64,000 bases of DNA from Alcanivorax sp. (GTDB lineage Bacteria > Pseudomonadota > Gammaproteobacteria > Pseudomonadales > Alcanivoracaceae). A program made the translations under genes and the position numbers. A model generated the notes under the pieces. That model was not told the origin of the DNA. It did not search any database and saw nothing but the letters and a program-made list of their open reading frames with translations. Within the stretch, counting starts at the first letter, position 1, and each line of letters starts with the position of its first letter. Where the stretch lies: assembly GCA_036276955.1 (NCBI GenBank), contig DASUNW010000063.1, positions 202-64,201 on the forward strand, in the 5' to 3' direction. This document shows positions 21,101-31,037 of the stretch, piece by piece.

Positions 21101-21853
21101 GCCCGCGACATGCTGGATAAAATCGTCAAGGAGAAATGGCTCACCGCCCGGGGCGTGATCGGCTTCTGGCCCGCCCACTCCGACATGGACGATATCCACC
21201 TGTACCGCCGGCCCGGCGACGACCAGCCGTTCATGACGCTGCATCACCTGCGCCAGCAACTGGATCGCTCCAAAAACCAGAAGCCGGACTACTGCCTGAG
21301 CGATTTCATCGCCCCGAAGGAAAGCGGCAAAACCGACTGGCTGGGTGGTTTCGCGGTGACCGCCGGGATCGGCATCGACGAGCACGTGCAACGCTTCGAG
21401 GCGGACCATGACGACTATTCCTCGATCATGATCAAGGCCCTGGCCGACCGTCTCGCCGAAGCCTTCGCGGAGCGTCTGCACGAACGGGTGCGCAAGGAGT
21501 TCTGGGGCTACGACGGCGACGAAACGCTCAGCAACCAGGACATTATTTCCGAGAAATACCGTGGCATCCGCCCGGCGCCGGGCTACCCCGCCTGCCCGGA
21601 CCACACCGAAAAAGCCCTGCTATGGGAACTGCTGGAGCCGGAACAAAACGCCGGCATGACCCTCACCGACCACTACGCCATGTTCCCGGCGGCGGCGGTG
21701 TCCGGCTGGTACTTCTCACACCCGGAGTCCAAATACTTCGGCACCGGCAAACTGGGCAAGGACCAGATGGACGACTATGCGGCGCGCAAAGGCATGTCGC
21801 GCAAGGACATCGAGAAGATGGTGCCGCACCTCCTTGGATACATAGACGACTAA
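18155..21853 (+). CDS. metH: cobalamin-dependent methionine synthase
   Basis: [55 protein letters not shown]. Confidence 0.98.
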   Translation: MSSNRREQLTALLRERIVILDGGMGTMIQRLQLSEAQYRGSQYADWPSDLKGNNDLLSITQPEMIEQLHRDYLNAGADIIETNSFNSTAIAMADYDMQDLARDINVAAARVARRAADAVATPERPRFVAGVLGPTNRTASISPDVNDPGYRNTDFDRLVVSYLDAIDGLVEGGIDLILIETIFDTLNAKAAVFAVDQYCYEKGLDLPVMISGTITDASGRTLTGQTTEAFYNSLRHARPISMGLNCALGPMELRTYVEELSRISEFHISAHPNAGLPNEMGEYDLDAETMAEEIGEWAESGFLNIIGGCCGTTPEHIAAIAEAVHGKAPRRLPEIPVQCRLSGLEPCNIAPNDLFLNVGERTNVTGSKRFLRLIKEEDYDTALDVARDQVENGAQVIDINMDEGMLESKECMVRFLNLVAAEPEISKVPIMIDSSKWEVIEAGLKCIQGKGVVNSISLKEGEKAFLDQARLIRRYGAATVVMAFDENGQAESRDEKVRICTRAYKLLTEEVGFPPEDIIFDPNIFAIATGIEEHNNYAVDFIEAVAEIKRTLPHAMISGGVSNVSFSFRGNNPVREAIHAVFLYYAIKSGMDMGIVNPSQLAIYADIPDELREAVEDVVLNRREDGTERLLDLAEKYKGSGEKETKKEDQEWRSWPVEQRLQHALIKGVADYVEEDTELARQNAERPLHVIEGPLMDGMNVVGDLFGEGKMFLPQVVKSARVMKKAVAYLLPYMEKEKEELGTQDEANGKILMATVKGDVHDIGKNIVGVVLQCNGYDVVDLGVMVPCDKILEAAREEKVDIVGLSGLITPSLDEMVHVASEMERLGMEQPLMIGGATTSRIHTAVKIDPNYHNPVIHVADASRAVGVASRLLSKTQKADYVAEIKQTYEDLRVRRKQQQVDRSLISIDQAREHRFQPDWQSYTPPEPNVKGLKVFDEYPLDELVERIDWTPFFRSWELAGKFPRILEDDVVGVEATKLYNDARDMLDKIVKEKWLTARGVIGFWPAHSDMDDIHLYRRPGDDQPFMTLHHLRQQLDRSKNQKPDYCLSDFIAPKESGKTDWLGGFAVTAGIGIDEHVQRFEADHDDYSSIMIKALADRLAEAFAERLHERVRKEFWGYDGDETLSNQDIISEKYRGIRPAPGYPACPDHTEKALLWELLEPEQNAGMTLTDHYAMFPAAAVSGWYFSHPESKYFGTGKLGKDQMDDYAARKGMSRKDIEKMVPHLLGYIDD

Positions 21854-21857
21854 GAAA

Positions 21858-21926
21858 GTGGACAGTTGATAGCTAAAACAATGCGTAACCGCCGCGGCTA
21901 TCAACTATCAACCGTCAACTATTAAC
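21858..21926. repeat. heptamer-repeat inverted element at the convergent metH junction
   Basis: AGTTGATAGC (21864-21873) / GCTATCAACT (21897-21906), plus tandem TATCAAC-TATCAAC-CGTCAAC-TATTAAC. Confidence 0.7.
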
Positions 21927-23896
21927 TCGCCACGCTCACCATCGAGCGTGGCGGCGCGGCCGTCGACGACGCTGTGCATGACGTCGCTGACGCCCCACAC
22001 CGCCGGGATGGCGCAGGCGACCGCCAGGCTGGCGGCGACGTTGGCCGGGTCGCGGTCGGTGATCACCAGGCCGGCGGCCTGCACCAGCCAGGGGGCCCAG
22101 CTCGGGTCGACCTGATCCACCACCACGATGTCGCCGGGTTGAATGCGGTTGAGGGCCCAGGCGCTGCACAAGCGGCGTACCGGCCCGGCCGCCGAGCCGG
22201 GCACCAGGGTGGCGCCGCGCAGCACCGGGCTGAGGCGCCCGCCGCCACCGAAGCCGAAGCCGATGCGGTCCATCTTCCAGTCCGGCGCGCCGGCGTGGGC
22301 GTCTTCCAGGTAGCGGACCTTGCGTTGCCCGATCACGTCCCCGGACGCGGACGCCGGCACCCTGCCCTGCATCCACAACTCCCAGAGCTCATCGAAGTAG
22401 AGGAAGAACACATCGTCCGGGTGGGCGAGAAGTTTGTCGCGCACCAGCAGCGCGGCGACGTCGGTGAGCAGCGTGCGCAGACGGTTGCCGAGGGCAAAGC
22501 GTAGCCCCCGTGCCCGCCGCGCCAGCAGCAACACGTCCTGATCCAGACCCTCGGCGACCTCGCTGGGCAACGACAGCGTCCGCGACGGGGTGCGCAGACT
22601 CTGCCATTGTGCCGGTTTGTCGCACAGCGGCGCGTGCACTGGATCGGCGCCGGTGCGCAGACGACTGGCCTCAAGCGCCGCTTGATCCCCGGCCAGCACC
22701 GCCCGCAGGGCCGCCATTTCCACCCGGCTGAGCAGCAGCGCCAGAGGGAGCGGATCGCGCTCGCCAAGCAGGCGGTCCGGCAGTGACAGATAGGCCAGCG
22801 TGCCCTCCTGGCCGGCCAGACGTTCGCCCAGACGGTCCAGTTCCATCAGGCTTCGCCACAGGCGTTCACGGTCCCGGTGCGGTGCCCGCCAGCCTTTCAG
22901 TCGACGGCCGATGGTCGCCAGTTCGGCGCTTTGCCGCCAATGCTGCACGCGCCCGGGCGGTTTGCCGGCGAGCGGATAGCCGGCCACGCTTTCCAGCGGT
23001 TGCCAGGCCGGCGGCACCTTGGCGGCCGCGCCGGGGTGGTACTCGCGCAGACGCCGGAAAAATTCGCTGTTGGTATAGAGGTGGCTTTGCTGACGGCGGT
23101 AGGGCTCCACCCTGGCCAGGTCACTCCAGCCGTGGCGCTCCACCAGAGGTCGCCAGAAGTGGGTCTTCAGCCAGCGCCCGGCCAGGGTGTACCAGAGCGG
23201 CGTCACCGCCTGGTTGAACAGGGCCGGCGTCGCGCGCCGCGTCCACACTTCCTTGGGCACCGGCAGCGACCCCACCGGCAGCGTCTGCAGCAGCCATAGC
23301 CGCTCGCCGTCGTGGATCCACTCGCCGGCCTGGGGCCGTTCGAAGCCGCGCCGCAACTGCTCGCCCAGTTCAAGAAATTGCGACGCCGCCACCGCCTCCT
23401 CAAGCGGCGCGGCGTCGTTGTCAGCGCGGTACACCAGCCGCCCGTCCTGGTCGAAAATCAAACGCTGCCGTTCGGCGCCGCCCTCGACCACGCCTTCCAC
23501 CACCATATGCGGCAGGTCCTGGCGCAAAGGATGGCGGGTGAACAGCACCCCGGCGGCGCGCTGGCCGGGCAAGGCCTGAACCACCACCTGTTCGGGCGCC
23601 GGATCGCGCCCGAACACGGTGGTCAGCGCCGCCGCCAGAGCCTCGTCGGAATCCAGATTCAGCAAGCTCTCGCGCTGCGATTGCGGGTTCATGGCGCCCT
23701 GATGGAGCACCCAGTAACGGTCGCCGTTGAACATGCGCGGCAAGGCGCGCAGCCGTCGAATCAGCCCGGCGGTGTCCAGATCCTGTACCGCTTGGCGGCG
23801 GATACGCCAGCTCGGCGGCACCGGCAACCCGGCGGCCATCCAGCGTTGCACGTTCTCGTCGCCGCGCTCGTCGGCGGCCAATACATCTATGCTCAT
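21908..23896 (-). CDS. PEP-synthase/rifampin phosphotransferase-architecture protein, catalytic motifs degenerate
   Basis: GLPVPP, AGVLFT.HP, EW..DG..LWLLQ..P, TPL middle domain, swivel domain DPSW.P and IPAV.GV without the SH motif. Confidence 0.8.
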   Translation of the reverse strand: MSIDVLAADERGDENVQRWMAAGLPVPPSWRIRRQAVQDLDTAGLIRRLRALPRMFNGDRYWVLHQGAMNPQSQRESLLNLDSDEALAAALTTVFGRDPAPEQVVVQALPGQRAAGVLFTRHPLRQDLPHMVVEGVVEGGAERQRLIFDQDGRLVYRADNDAAPLEEAVAASQFLELGEQLRRGFERPQAGEWIHDGERLWLLQTLPVGSLPVPKEVWTRRATPALFNQAVTPLWYTLAGRWLKTHFWRPLVERHGWSDLARVEPYRRQQSHLYTNSEFFRRLREYHPGAAAKVPPAWQPLESVAGYPLAGKPPGRVQHWRQSAELATIGRRLKGWRAPHRDRERLWRSLMELDRLGERLAGQEGTLAYLSLPDRLLGERDPLPLALLLSRVEMAALRAVLAGDQAALEASRLRTGADPVHAPLCDKPAQWQSLRTPSRTLSLPSEVAEGLDQDVLLLARRARGLRFALGNRLRTLLTDVAALLVRDKLLAHPDDVFFLYFDELWELWMQGRVPASASGDVIGQRKVRYLEDAHAGAPDWKMDRIGFGFGGGGRLSPVLRGATLVPGSAAGPVRRLCSAWALNRIQPGDIVVVDQVDPSWAPWLVQAAGLVITDRDPANVAASLAVACAIPAVWGVSDVMHSVVDGRAATLDGERGELIVDG

Positions 23897-23909
23897 GAGT
23901 GTCTAATTA

Positions 23910-24695
23910 TCAGAGTCGGCCGTGACGCAGGCGCCCGATCAAGCACCTGATTAACCAAAGGCCGCCACGGTAAAACAACGGCGTGAGAACCAGGGTGCCC
24001 CCCACGAGCACCACGGCAATGCCGCCAAATAGCACCGGCGCCTTCATCAACGTGCTCATCAATGAATCCTGCCAGTAGAAGAACCACTCGTGGTCGGCGG
24101 GAAACAGCCAGATATGGAACTGATAGAACACGGCTTCGGGGCCGGAAATGAGCAGCCAAACTACCATAGCCAGCAACGGGGTCACAGCGACCAGCGCCCG
24201 GCGCCGCCAATCCGGCGGCGGCCGCTTCACCACCCACGCCGCCAGCGGCAGCCACGCCAGGAACGCCACCGTCAGCGCCCAGCGGCCGCTGTCGATCAGA
24301 TCGGCCACGTCACGCAAATGCTGCACTTCCGCCGGTCGCAGCAAGGTCACCGGCACACCGCTACGGTCGCGGTAGTGGATTGACGCCAGCCCCCGGCCGC
24401 CGTCGTGCACCGCCACCCGGATTTCATGGAACAGTTCAGCGTGGCGCTGGGCGTGCAGGGTTTCGAGATCCGGCCGCTGGTAACGGTTTAAAGGCCCGTA
24501 CTGCTCGATATGCCGGTCGATATCCAGCGTCTCATACCAGAATGAATAGCCGTAATCGGCTTGGGCGTAGAGCGCCCAGGTGACGCCCAGGGCCAGCACC
24601 AGCGCCGTCAGGGCGTAAAAGAACCAGACGGTAAGATGGACAACGCCGGCGGCCGGGCGCCGCCGGCTGGCCGTTTTGCCAGTGGCTTTTGCCAC
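23910..24695 (-). CDS. DUF1461 / lipoprotein intramolecular transacylase (Lit)-like membrane protein
   Basis: About four TM helices with an extracytoplasmic cap; E..HL.DV and F..FH..LF....W.F motifs. Confidence 0.72.
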   Translation of the reverse strand: MAKATGKTASRRRPAAGVVHLTVWFFYALTALVLALGVTWALYAQADYGYSFWYETLDIDRHIEQYGPLNRYQRPDLETLHAQRHAELFHEIRVAVHDGGRGLASIHYRDRSGVPVTLLRPAEVQHLRDVADLIDSGRWALTVAFLAWLPLAAWVVKRPPPDWRRRALVAVTPLLAMVVWLLISGPEAVFYQFHIWLFPADHEWFFYWQDSLMSTLMKAPVLFGGIAVVLVGGTLVLTPLFYRGGLWLIRCLIGRLRHGRL

Positions 24696-24698
24696 CGG

Positions 24699-25217
24699 TC
24701 AGCGCGCCAGGGTGGCACGCAGGGAGGCGGTACCCGGCTTGTCGCCGGCGCTCATTTCCATGGTCGCCAGGGTCAGGCCCTTTTCTTCCATGGCTTGCAA
24801 CCAAAGGAGGATGTCGCTGGCCGGCTGATTTTCCATTTGCACGCGCACCGAACGGTTGCCGTCCGGGGTGAAGCCCCGCAGGGTCAGGCCGTAGGACTGC
24901 ACCGAGCGGCTGATATTGCTGGTCCAGTTGGGGCCCAGATCGGCGCTGGCGCCACCGCCACGTGCCGCACGCACCGCATCCGCGTTGCTTTCGATCCAGG
25001 CCAGGGTTTCCTGATTGGCCAGGTAACGCTGGCGGGCCTGATCACGGGCGTCCCAGGCCGGTTGCCAGATCAGTAAGTACACCAGCGCCGCCGCTACCAG
25101 CAACGCCAGCACCTGGAGAATGCGTTGTTCGCGGGGTTCCCGTTGTTCGTACCAGGCGCGCGCCGGCGCCAGCCTGGCATCCAGTTTTTTCCGCGCCTGT
25201 TGCAGATTCTTATTCAT
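24699..25217 (-). CDS. gspM: type II secretion protein M
   Basis: PREQRIL, TM helix, IWQP, ferredoxin-like C terminus; operon position. Confidence 0.88.
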   Translation of the reverse strand: MNKNLQQARKKLDARLAPARAWYEQREPREQRILQVLALLVAAALVYLLIWQPAWDARDQARQRYLANQETLAWIESNADAVRAARGGGASADLGPNWTSNISRSVQSYGLTLRGFTPDGNRSVRVQMENQPASDILLWLQAMEEKGLTLATMEMSAGDKPGTASLRATLAR

Positions 25218-26365
25218 CCCGCCTGCTCCACTTTCACCCGGGCGCTGACGCCGCTGGCACCGTTCCGATAATTGGCAATCGTGGCGCGCACGCCTTTCTC
25301 ATTCAAGGCGCTCTGCAGCTTCTCCACCTGGTTGTATTCCTTGGCGCCCAGGTCCAGCAGCAGGCTGCCGTCGCGTTGATCGAACTGCAGGCGCTTGGGC
25401 TCGACCTCGCTTTGCGAGAGGCTCGAGGCCACCGCCGGCAACAGGCGGAAAAGCGTGCCGCCGGTGGCTCCGTCACCGCTGTCCAAACGCATCAGGCGCG
25501 CCTCGAACTGGCGCCGTAGACCGGCTGTGGCGCGATCACCGGGGAACAGCGACTGGTACAGCTCGGCGGCCTCGGCGAAGGTCTGATCAGCCGCTTTCTG
25601 ATAGCGCCATTGCTGGGCCCAGACCGCCGCCAGGGCGATAAAGAACACCGCCGCTGCCAGGCCCATGACCGGTTTCCAGGGCTGCCAGGGAGAGGGGCCG
25701 CTGGCCTGATTCTGCCGTTGCGAAAAGGCGCCGTGCAGCACTTCCACGCCGTGATCGGCCGCTATCGCGGACTGCAGTTGATCACAAAGCGTGGCGGGGT
25801 CTTCCAGGCGGGTGAAATGCAGTTCGTCATCGCCGTGCAGCGCCAGCACCGCTTCGCGCTGGGCTTCATCGGCGACCAAGGCCTGATCCCGCTCGAGAAT
25901 CAAGGAGCCCCACCCTTCCACGGTGATCAACACCGGCGTCTGCGCGGCCAGCAGGTCGGCGTCGGCTTTCAGGCTCTGCGGACGCACCCGATGTTCGCGG
26001 CAAAGGTGAATCAGCGCCCCCAGATTGGGGCGATTGATCACCGCCACCGGATAGCGCCCGTGCTCCGCCTTGCCGGACGCGAACCACAGATGTTCCGGGG
26101 CTTCGAGCAATTGCTCCTCGAGCAGATACGGCAGCACCCGCTGCAGATGGCGGGCCTGCTTGCGCGACAAGGTGACACTGGTGAGCAGTGCCTCCGCGGT
26201 GGTCACCACCAGGTTCACCGCCCGCCCGGAGAGCGCTTCCAGCGCCTCGGTCAGGCTGCCGTGGCGCGGGCTGTCCGCGCGGCTTTCCTGGAACAGCACC
26301 CTGGCGTCGGCCAGTGCGTCCTGAAATGCTCCCGGGGCCAGATAGATCAAAGCTGAATCGGCCAC
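25214..26365 (-). CDS. gspL: type II secretion protein L
   Basis: LPYLLEEQL, single TM helix, LYQSLFP. Confidence 0.88.
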   Translation of the reverse strand: MADSALIYLAPGAFQDALADARVLFQESRADSPRHGSLTEALEALSGRAVNLVVTTAEALLTSVTLSRKQARHLQRVLPYLLEEQLLEAPEHLWFASGKAEHGRYPVAVINRPNLGALIHLCREHRVRPQSLKADADLLAAQTPVLITVEGWGSLILERDQALVADEAQREAVLALHGDDELHFTRLEDPATLCDQLQSAIAADHGVEVLHGAFSQRQNQASGPSPWQPWKPVMGLAAAVFFIALAAVWAQQWRYQKAADQTFAEAAELYQSLFPGDRATAGLRRQFEARLMRLDSGDGATGGTLFRLLPAVASSLSQSEVEPKRLQFDQRDGSLLLDLGAKEYNQVEKLQSALNEKGVRATIANYRNGASGVSARVKVEQAG

Positions 26366-26377
26366 AATAAGAATCCT

Positions 26378-27472
26378 TTACGTCCCTGGAATACTGTCTA
26401 TCACATTGTTGTTGTCATCGCCCGCATTGTAAAAGGGATTGCAGGCGGGTTCGAGCGGCGACAGCAGCGGCTTGACCTGGCGGCTGTAGACCCGCGTGCC
26501 GTCGGGGCCGCCGCCGGCGGAGCGCTGTATTCGGCTGACCAAACGGCTGAAGTTGCCGCCCACTTCCACATCCACCATCACCTGGAAGTACTCACTGGCC
26601 ACCCCCAGCCGGTCGCTCAGTGCTTGCTTCGCGTCCGCTTCGAGACTGCTGAAAGGCTCCTGCTGCATCAAGGTGCCAATGTCTTCGATCGGTTCTTCCT
26701 GGCGCAATGACACCACCGCCTCGGCGGCGCCGGAACCGGCCAGAGGGCCGAGCACGGCGTCCAGGACCAGCGAAGGCGCGGTGTTCACGTTGAGCGTGGT
26801 GTCGCTGGGCAGCGCGGTGAACAGCCCCCACATGGCCGGATCCGGGAAAAGATCGGTGACCTCGAAACTGCGCAGTGCGCGCAACTCGGTTTCGTGGGCC
26901 ACCGGCATATTGGGCGTACGGCTGAGCCGGTATTCCGCATCTTCGGCGCCTTCCACCGCATCGACAATGTTGTTGCTGTCGATCCAGTCGGTCATTTCGT
27001 TGGCGAGAAGGCTCGCCTTGGCCGGGTCCGGCAGGGTCTGCTGCAACAGCCGCTGGAGCATGTCGCGGGCCTGATTGTCGCGGGTGAAGCCGGCGCCGTT
27101 GGCTTCCACCAGCCAGTTCAGGTTAAACCGCCCCTGCAGATCCTGAACACTGGCACTGAGGATGGCGTCCTCGTAGGGCGTGGGCGCCAATTGTACCGCC
27201 CACTGCTCTTCGATGCATTCGTCCAGTTGCTGGCTGGTACGACGGTCTTCTTCAAGATCGTCGATCAGGCCCTGCACCGCCACCACTTCGGCGGCCATCG
27301 CGTACTGATAGCGCTTGTCCCATTCCAGCAGGTTCTCGGTGCGCACCCGGAAACGGTCCTGGCGGAACATCACCTCGGTGGTCACCGCCGCCAGGATCGC
27401 GAACAGCATCAGCACGATGATCAGCGCCATGCCCTGCTGGCGGCGCCGACCGCCGCTGCGCGGGTGAACCAT
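26378..27472 (-). CDS. gspK: T2SS minor pseudopilin K
   Basis: QQGMALIIVL, DLQGRFNLN, DWIDS, LNVNTA. TGATG coupling to gspJ. Confidence 0.9.
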   Translation of the reverse strand: MVHPRSGGRRRQQGMALIIVLMLFAILAAVTTEVMFRQDRFRVRTENLLEWDKRYQYAMAAEVVAVQGLIDDLEEDRRTSQQLDECIEEQWAVQLAPTPYEDAILSASVQDLQGRFNLNWLVEANGAGFTRDNQARDMLQRLLQQTLPDPAKASLLANEMTDWIDSNNIVDAVEGAEDAEYRLSRTPNMPVAHETELRALRSFEVTDLFPDPAMWGLFTALPSDTTLNVNTAPSLVLDAVLGPLAGSGAAEAVVSLRQEEPIEDIGTLMQQEPFSSLEADAKQALSDRLGVASEYFQVMVDVEVGGNFSRLVSRIQRSAGGGPDGTRVYSRQVKPLLSPLEPACNPFYNAGDDNNNVIDSIPGT

Positions 27473-28113
27473 CAGGACGCCCATGGGTTCACCACGGTCC
27501 GGAAGTAACGGTGCAGGCGCTGACCGTCTTCCATTTCGATGTCGATTTCCACGCTTTTCGGCAGCCGCTGCTGCCACACCGGCGTGTTGACCATGGCCGG
27601 TGCCGGCCAGAATTCCAGCCAGCCCACCTCACCGGTCTGCGCCTGATCCAGATAACGCACCGTGAAGTCGGCGACGTCGTCGAGCAGTACGTCTTCCTGG
27701 AATTTGGTCGCTACGTTGGTGTCCAGTACCGGCCAGTAACGCCGGTAAAGCTTGTCGCCCTCGAAGGCGTACACCACGCGTTGCATTTCGCTGCGGCGGC
27801 GTAACGCGAACGGGTTGGCCCAGCCCAGGCGGGTGAATTCGACGTAGTTGTCGTTACCGATCAAGGCGGGCCGCGGGTCGCCGTAGGGGTCGCGTACCGG
27901 CCGGGCGATCATCTGCTCGAAGTCCAGGGTCAGGTAGGTCACCGCCCGCTGGGCGTTTTCCAGCTCGGTGGCGCCTTCACTGAGGATGTCACGGTTTTTC
28001 ATGGCGCTGCTGAGAAACTCCACCGCCACCACGTACATCAACGCGAAGATGGCGATAGTGATCAACATTTCCAGCAGGGTGAAACCCGGCTGGCGCCGTC
28101 TGGAATAGCGCAT
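27472..28113 (-). CDS. gspJ: T2SS minor pseudopilin J
   Basis: GFTLLEML, RPVRD, FTRLGWANP, RSEMQRVVY. Confidence 0.92.
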   Translation of the reverse strand: MRYSRRRQPGFTLLEMLITIAIFALMYVVAVEFLSSAMKNRDILSEGATELENAQRAVTYLTLDFEQMIARPVRDPYGDPRPALIGNDNYVEFTRLGWANPFALRRRSEMQRVVYAFEGDKLYRRYWPVLDTNVATKFQEDVLLDDVADFTVRYLDQAQTGEVGWLEFWPAPAMVNTPVWQQRLPKSVEIDIEMEDGQRLHRYFRTVVNPWAS

Positions 28114-28577
28114 CAGCCCCCCGTCAGGTCCTGGCCGCCAGCGCCGCCACCGCCTTGCCGCCCACCGGTAAAGGACTGCCCTTCCTGGGCCGGCTTGCCG
28201 ATCAGGCTGGACAGCTCATATTCAAGGCCACCGCGCTGGTCGTCGCGGATCGCGCCCACCTCGATATCCACCCGGCGGGTGTCCGGGTAAGGCCCGGCGC
28301 TGATGGTGGTGCGCACCCACCATTCCCGCTCGCCACGGGTCACCTGATCGTCATTGGTGCCGGTTTTGGGCCATTGCTGGTACACCTGCATTTCGACCAG
28401 CTTGTCGGCGGCCACCAGATAGGCCCGGCGGGTGTCGTCGATATTACGGTATGCCACGGCGCTGGCGCCGAGGGTCTGACCCAGGGTGACCATGGCCAGC
28501 GCCAGCACCGCCACCGCGAGCACCACCTCCACCAACGTGAAACCCGCCTGACTGTTTTGGCGACCGCGCGAAACCAT
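28113..28577 (-). CDS. gspI: T2SS minor pseudopilin I
   Basis: QAGFTLVEV, RRVDIEV; operon position. Confidence 0.88.
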   Translation of the reverse strand: MVSRGRQNSQAGFTLVEVVLAVAVLALAMVTLGQTLGASAVAYRNIDDTRRAYLVAADKLVEMQVYQQWPKTGTNDDQVTRGEREWWVRTTISAGPYPDTRRVDIEVGAIRDDQRGGLEYELSSLIGKPAQEGQSFTGGRQGGGGAGGQDLTGG

Positions 28578-28579
28578 GG

Positions 28580-29308
28580 TCAATCCTCCAGAAAATCGTC
28601 GTCGATCAAACTGTCGTCCGGCTTTTCGTCCGGCGCGGTGAGCGCCTCTTCTTCTTCGTCCCGGTCCGGGTCGCGGACTTTACCCAGGGCGCTCATCTGG
28701 CGCCGCGCTTCCAGGTCGACGTCCTCACGGGAGCGCACCGTGAAGGTGATCGGCGTGGTCTCGCCACTGGGGAAAAAGAACACCTGGGGCAGTGGGTCCT
28801 GGTCTTCTTCGTCGCCCCCTTCGCCATCCCGCTCGTCGCGGTCGTCGCCCAGCAGGCCCTCGTCGTCACCGCCGAACGGATCGTCGCTGACCAATTGTTT
28901 GGCGGCGTCCTGCAGGGAAACACGCTCCCCCTGACTGTCATCGGGCAGGTCGTCGTACTGCCAGGTCAGCTCCAGACCCTCGGGCAGGCGGTTGGCCTGC
29001 AGACCGTTGCCCTGGGCGGGCACGAACTCGCGCTGGCCGACGTCGTAGGTAAGCGGCGTCCAGCCCCGTTCCGTGACCCGTAACGCCATCAGACGTCCGG
29101 AGAACAGGCTCTGTTCGTTGAGCATGATCAGGGTGTCGGCGAGGCTGGCGCTTTCACTGTCCAGTTGGCGCTGGTCGTCGACCCACACCGGCACCACCAA
29201 CACCGCCAGTGACAGCATCGCCACCAGCCCCACCACCACCAGGATTTCCAGCAGGGTGAAGCCGTGCTCGCGATGGCATCGCTTGCCGTCAGACCCGGGC
29301 CGCCACAT
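28580..29308 (-). CDS. gspH: T2SS minor pseudopilin H
   Basis: GFTLLEIL, PQVFFFPSGETTP. Confidence 0.85.
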   Translation of the reverse strand: MWRPGSDGKRCHREHGFTLLEILVVVGLVAMLSLAVLVVPVWVDDQRQLDSESASLADTLIMLNEQSLFSGRLMALRVTERGWTPLTYDVGQREFVPAQGNGLQANRLPEGLELTWQYDDLPDDSQGERVSLQDAAKQLVSDDPFGGDDEGLLGDDRDERDGEGGDEEDQDPLPQVFFFPSGETTPITFTVRSREDVDLEARRQMSALGKVRDPDRDEEEEALTAPDEKPDDSLIDDDFLED

Positions 29309-29739
29309 CAGTTGTCGTTATCGCGCCAGCTGATGTCCGCGTCGGTGCCCTCGCCGCCTTCCGCGCCGTCGGCGCCCAGCGAGTAAAGGTCAAAGGGGCC
29401 GCCCACGCCGGGGCTGATGTAGATGTACTCGTTACCCCAAGGGTCCTCCGGCACGCTCGGCAGGTAACCGCCCTCCGGCCACTTGCGCGCCGAAGCGGAG
29501 CGCTCCACCAGGGCGTGAATGCCCTCCTCGGTGGACGGGTAAGTGCCGTTGTTGAACTTATACATATCAAGCTGCTGGACGATCCGCGACATGTTGGTCT
29601 TGGCGATATCCACCTTGGCCTGTTCCCCCTGCCCGATCACATTGGGCACGATCATCGCGGCGAGCAGACCGATAATGGCCACTACCACCATGATTTCCAG
29701 CAGCGTGAAACCGCTCTGGGTGCATTGCATCTTGTTCAT
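29308..29739 (-). CDS. gspG: T2SS major pseudopilin G
   Basis: GFTLLEIMVV, YPSTEEG, DPWGNEY, SLGADG. Confidence 0.95.
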   Translation of the reverse strand: MNKMQCTQSGFTLLEIMVVVAIIGLLAAMIVPNVIGQGEQAKVDIAKTNMSRIVQQLDMYKFNNGTYPSTEEGIHALVERSASARKWPEGGYLPSVPEDPWGNEYIYISPGVGGPFDLYSLGADGAEGGEGTDADISWRDNDN

Positions 29740-29813
29740 GAGACACCTTTTCGTGTTGTCTGGAAGTCACTTCCTTGTTTTGGGGATTGCACTTTTTCTT
29801 GTCGCTGACGGGT

Positions 29814-31037
29814 TCAGCCCGCCATGAAGTTGTTCATCTGCATGATCGGCAGCATCACCGCCAGAACAATGAGAATCACGAACCCGGCCATGGTCAACAG
29901 CATTAACGGGCCCAGCAACCCCACCATGGTTTGGACCGTGCTGGTGAGTTCCCGTTCCTGATAATCCGCCGCCCGGCTGAGCATACTGTCCAGCTCACCG
30001 CTGGTTTCACCGCTGGCGATCATCTGTACCAGCATGGGTGGAAAGTAGCCACTGGTCTCCAGCGCCCGGCTCAGGCTACCGCCTTCGCGCACCCGCGCGG
30101 CGGCGGTCACCACCGCCTCGCGTATCGCCAGGTTACCCACCACCTGGGCGGCGATGAACAAGGCGTCCACCAGCGGCACCCCGGAACGGCCGAGAATCCC
30201 CAGGGTGCTGGCCAGGCGGGCACTGTCGGAGGCGCGCATCATGGTGCCGATCAGCGGCAGTGTGGCCAGCCTGCGGTGCACACGCATGCGGAAAGCCGGC
30301 TCGCGCATGGCGCGGGAAAAGGCCACCACCGCGCCGACGACCACCAGCGCCAGCAACCAGCCCCAGGCGCGCACGAAGTCACTGAGCGCGATCACCGCCA
30401 CGGTGATGAAGGGCATCGCCTGTTCCCGGTTGTCGAACACAGCCACCATCTTGGGCACCACGAACGCCATCAGGAAACCGATCACCAACGCCGAGAAGAC
30501 CATGATGAAAGCGGGATAGATCATCGCCTGGCTGACGGAACGACCGGTGTCATCGCGGGTTTCCAAGTAGTCGGCGAGCTGTTCCAGTACCTGCTCCAGG
30601 TGGCCGCTCTGCTCCCCGGCGGCGACGGTGGCGCGGTACATTTCCGGAAAGGCACGCGGGTACTCGGTCATCGCCCGCGCCAGGCTGAACCCTTCCAACA
30701 CCTTGCCGCGCACCGCCATGACGATTTTCTCCACACGCGGGTTACCGGCCTGTTTGGCCACGGCGCCCAAGGCCTGCTCCACCGGCAGGCCGGATTTGAG
30801 CAGCGTCGCCATTTGCCGCGTGATCAATGCCTGCTCGCCACCCTTGAGTTTGCCGGTACCGGACAGGTGCCCGGACAGTCCGCCGGCGGACTGATGGTCC
30901 TTGGCTTCGGAGACCTCCAGCGGCACCCAGCCCTTGCCGCGCAACTGCTGGCGCACATGGCGGGCGCTGTCCGCCTCCAGGGTGCCGCGTTTTACTTTGC
31001 CCCGGTGATCCAGGGAGCGGAATTCAAAAGCGGGCAT
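29814..31037 (-). CDS. gspF: T2SS platform protein F
   Basis: GTLEADS, AAGEQSGHL, AMIYP, ASGETSGEL. Confidence 0.95.
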   Translation of the reverse strand: MPAFEFRSLDHRGKVKRGTLEADSARHVRQQLRGKGWVPLEVSEAKDHQSAGGLSGHLSGTGKLKGGEQALITRQMATLLKSGLPVEQALGAVAKQAGNPRVEKIVMAVRGKVLEGFSLARAMTEYPRAFPEMYRATVAAGEQSGHLEQVLEQLADYLETRDDTGRSVSQAMIYPAFIMVFSALVIGFLMAFVVPKMVAVFDNREQAMPFITVAVIALSDFVRAWGWLLALVVVGAVVAFSRAMREPAFRMRVHRRLATLPLIGTMMRASDSARLASTLGILGRSGVPLVDALFIAAQVVGNLAIREAVVTAAARVREGGSLSRALETSGYFPPMLVQMIASGETSGELDSMLSRAADYQERELTSTVQTMVGLLGPLMLLTMAGFVILIVLAVMLPIMQMNNFMAG

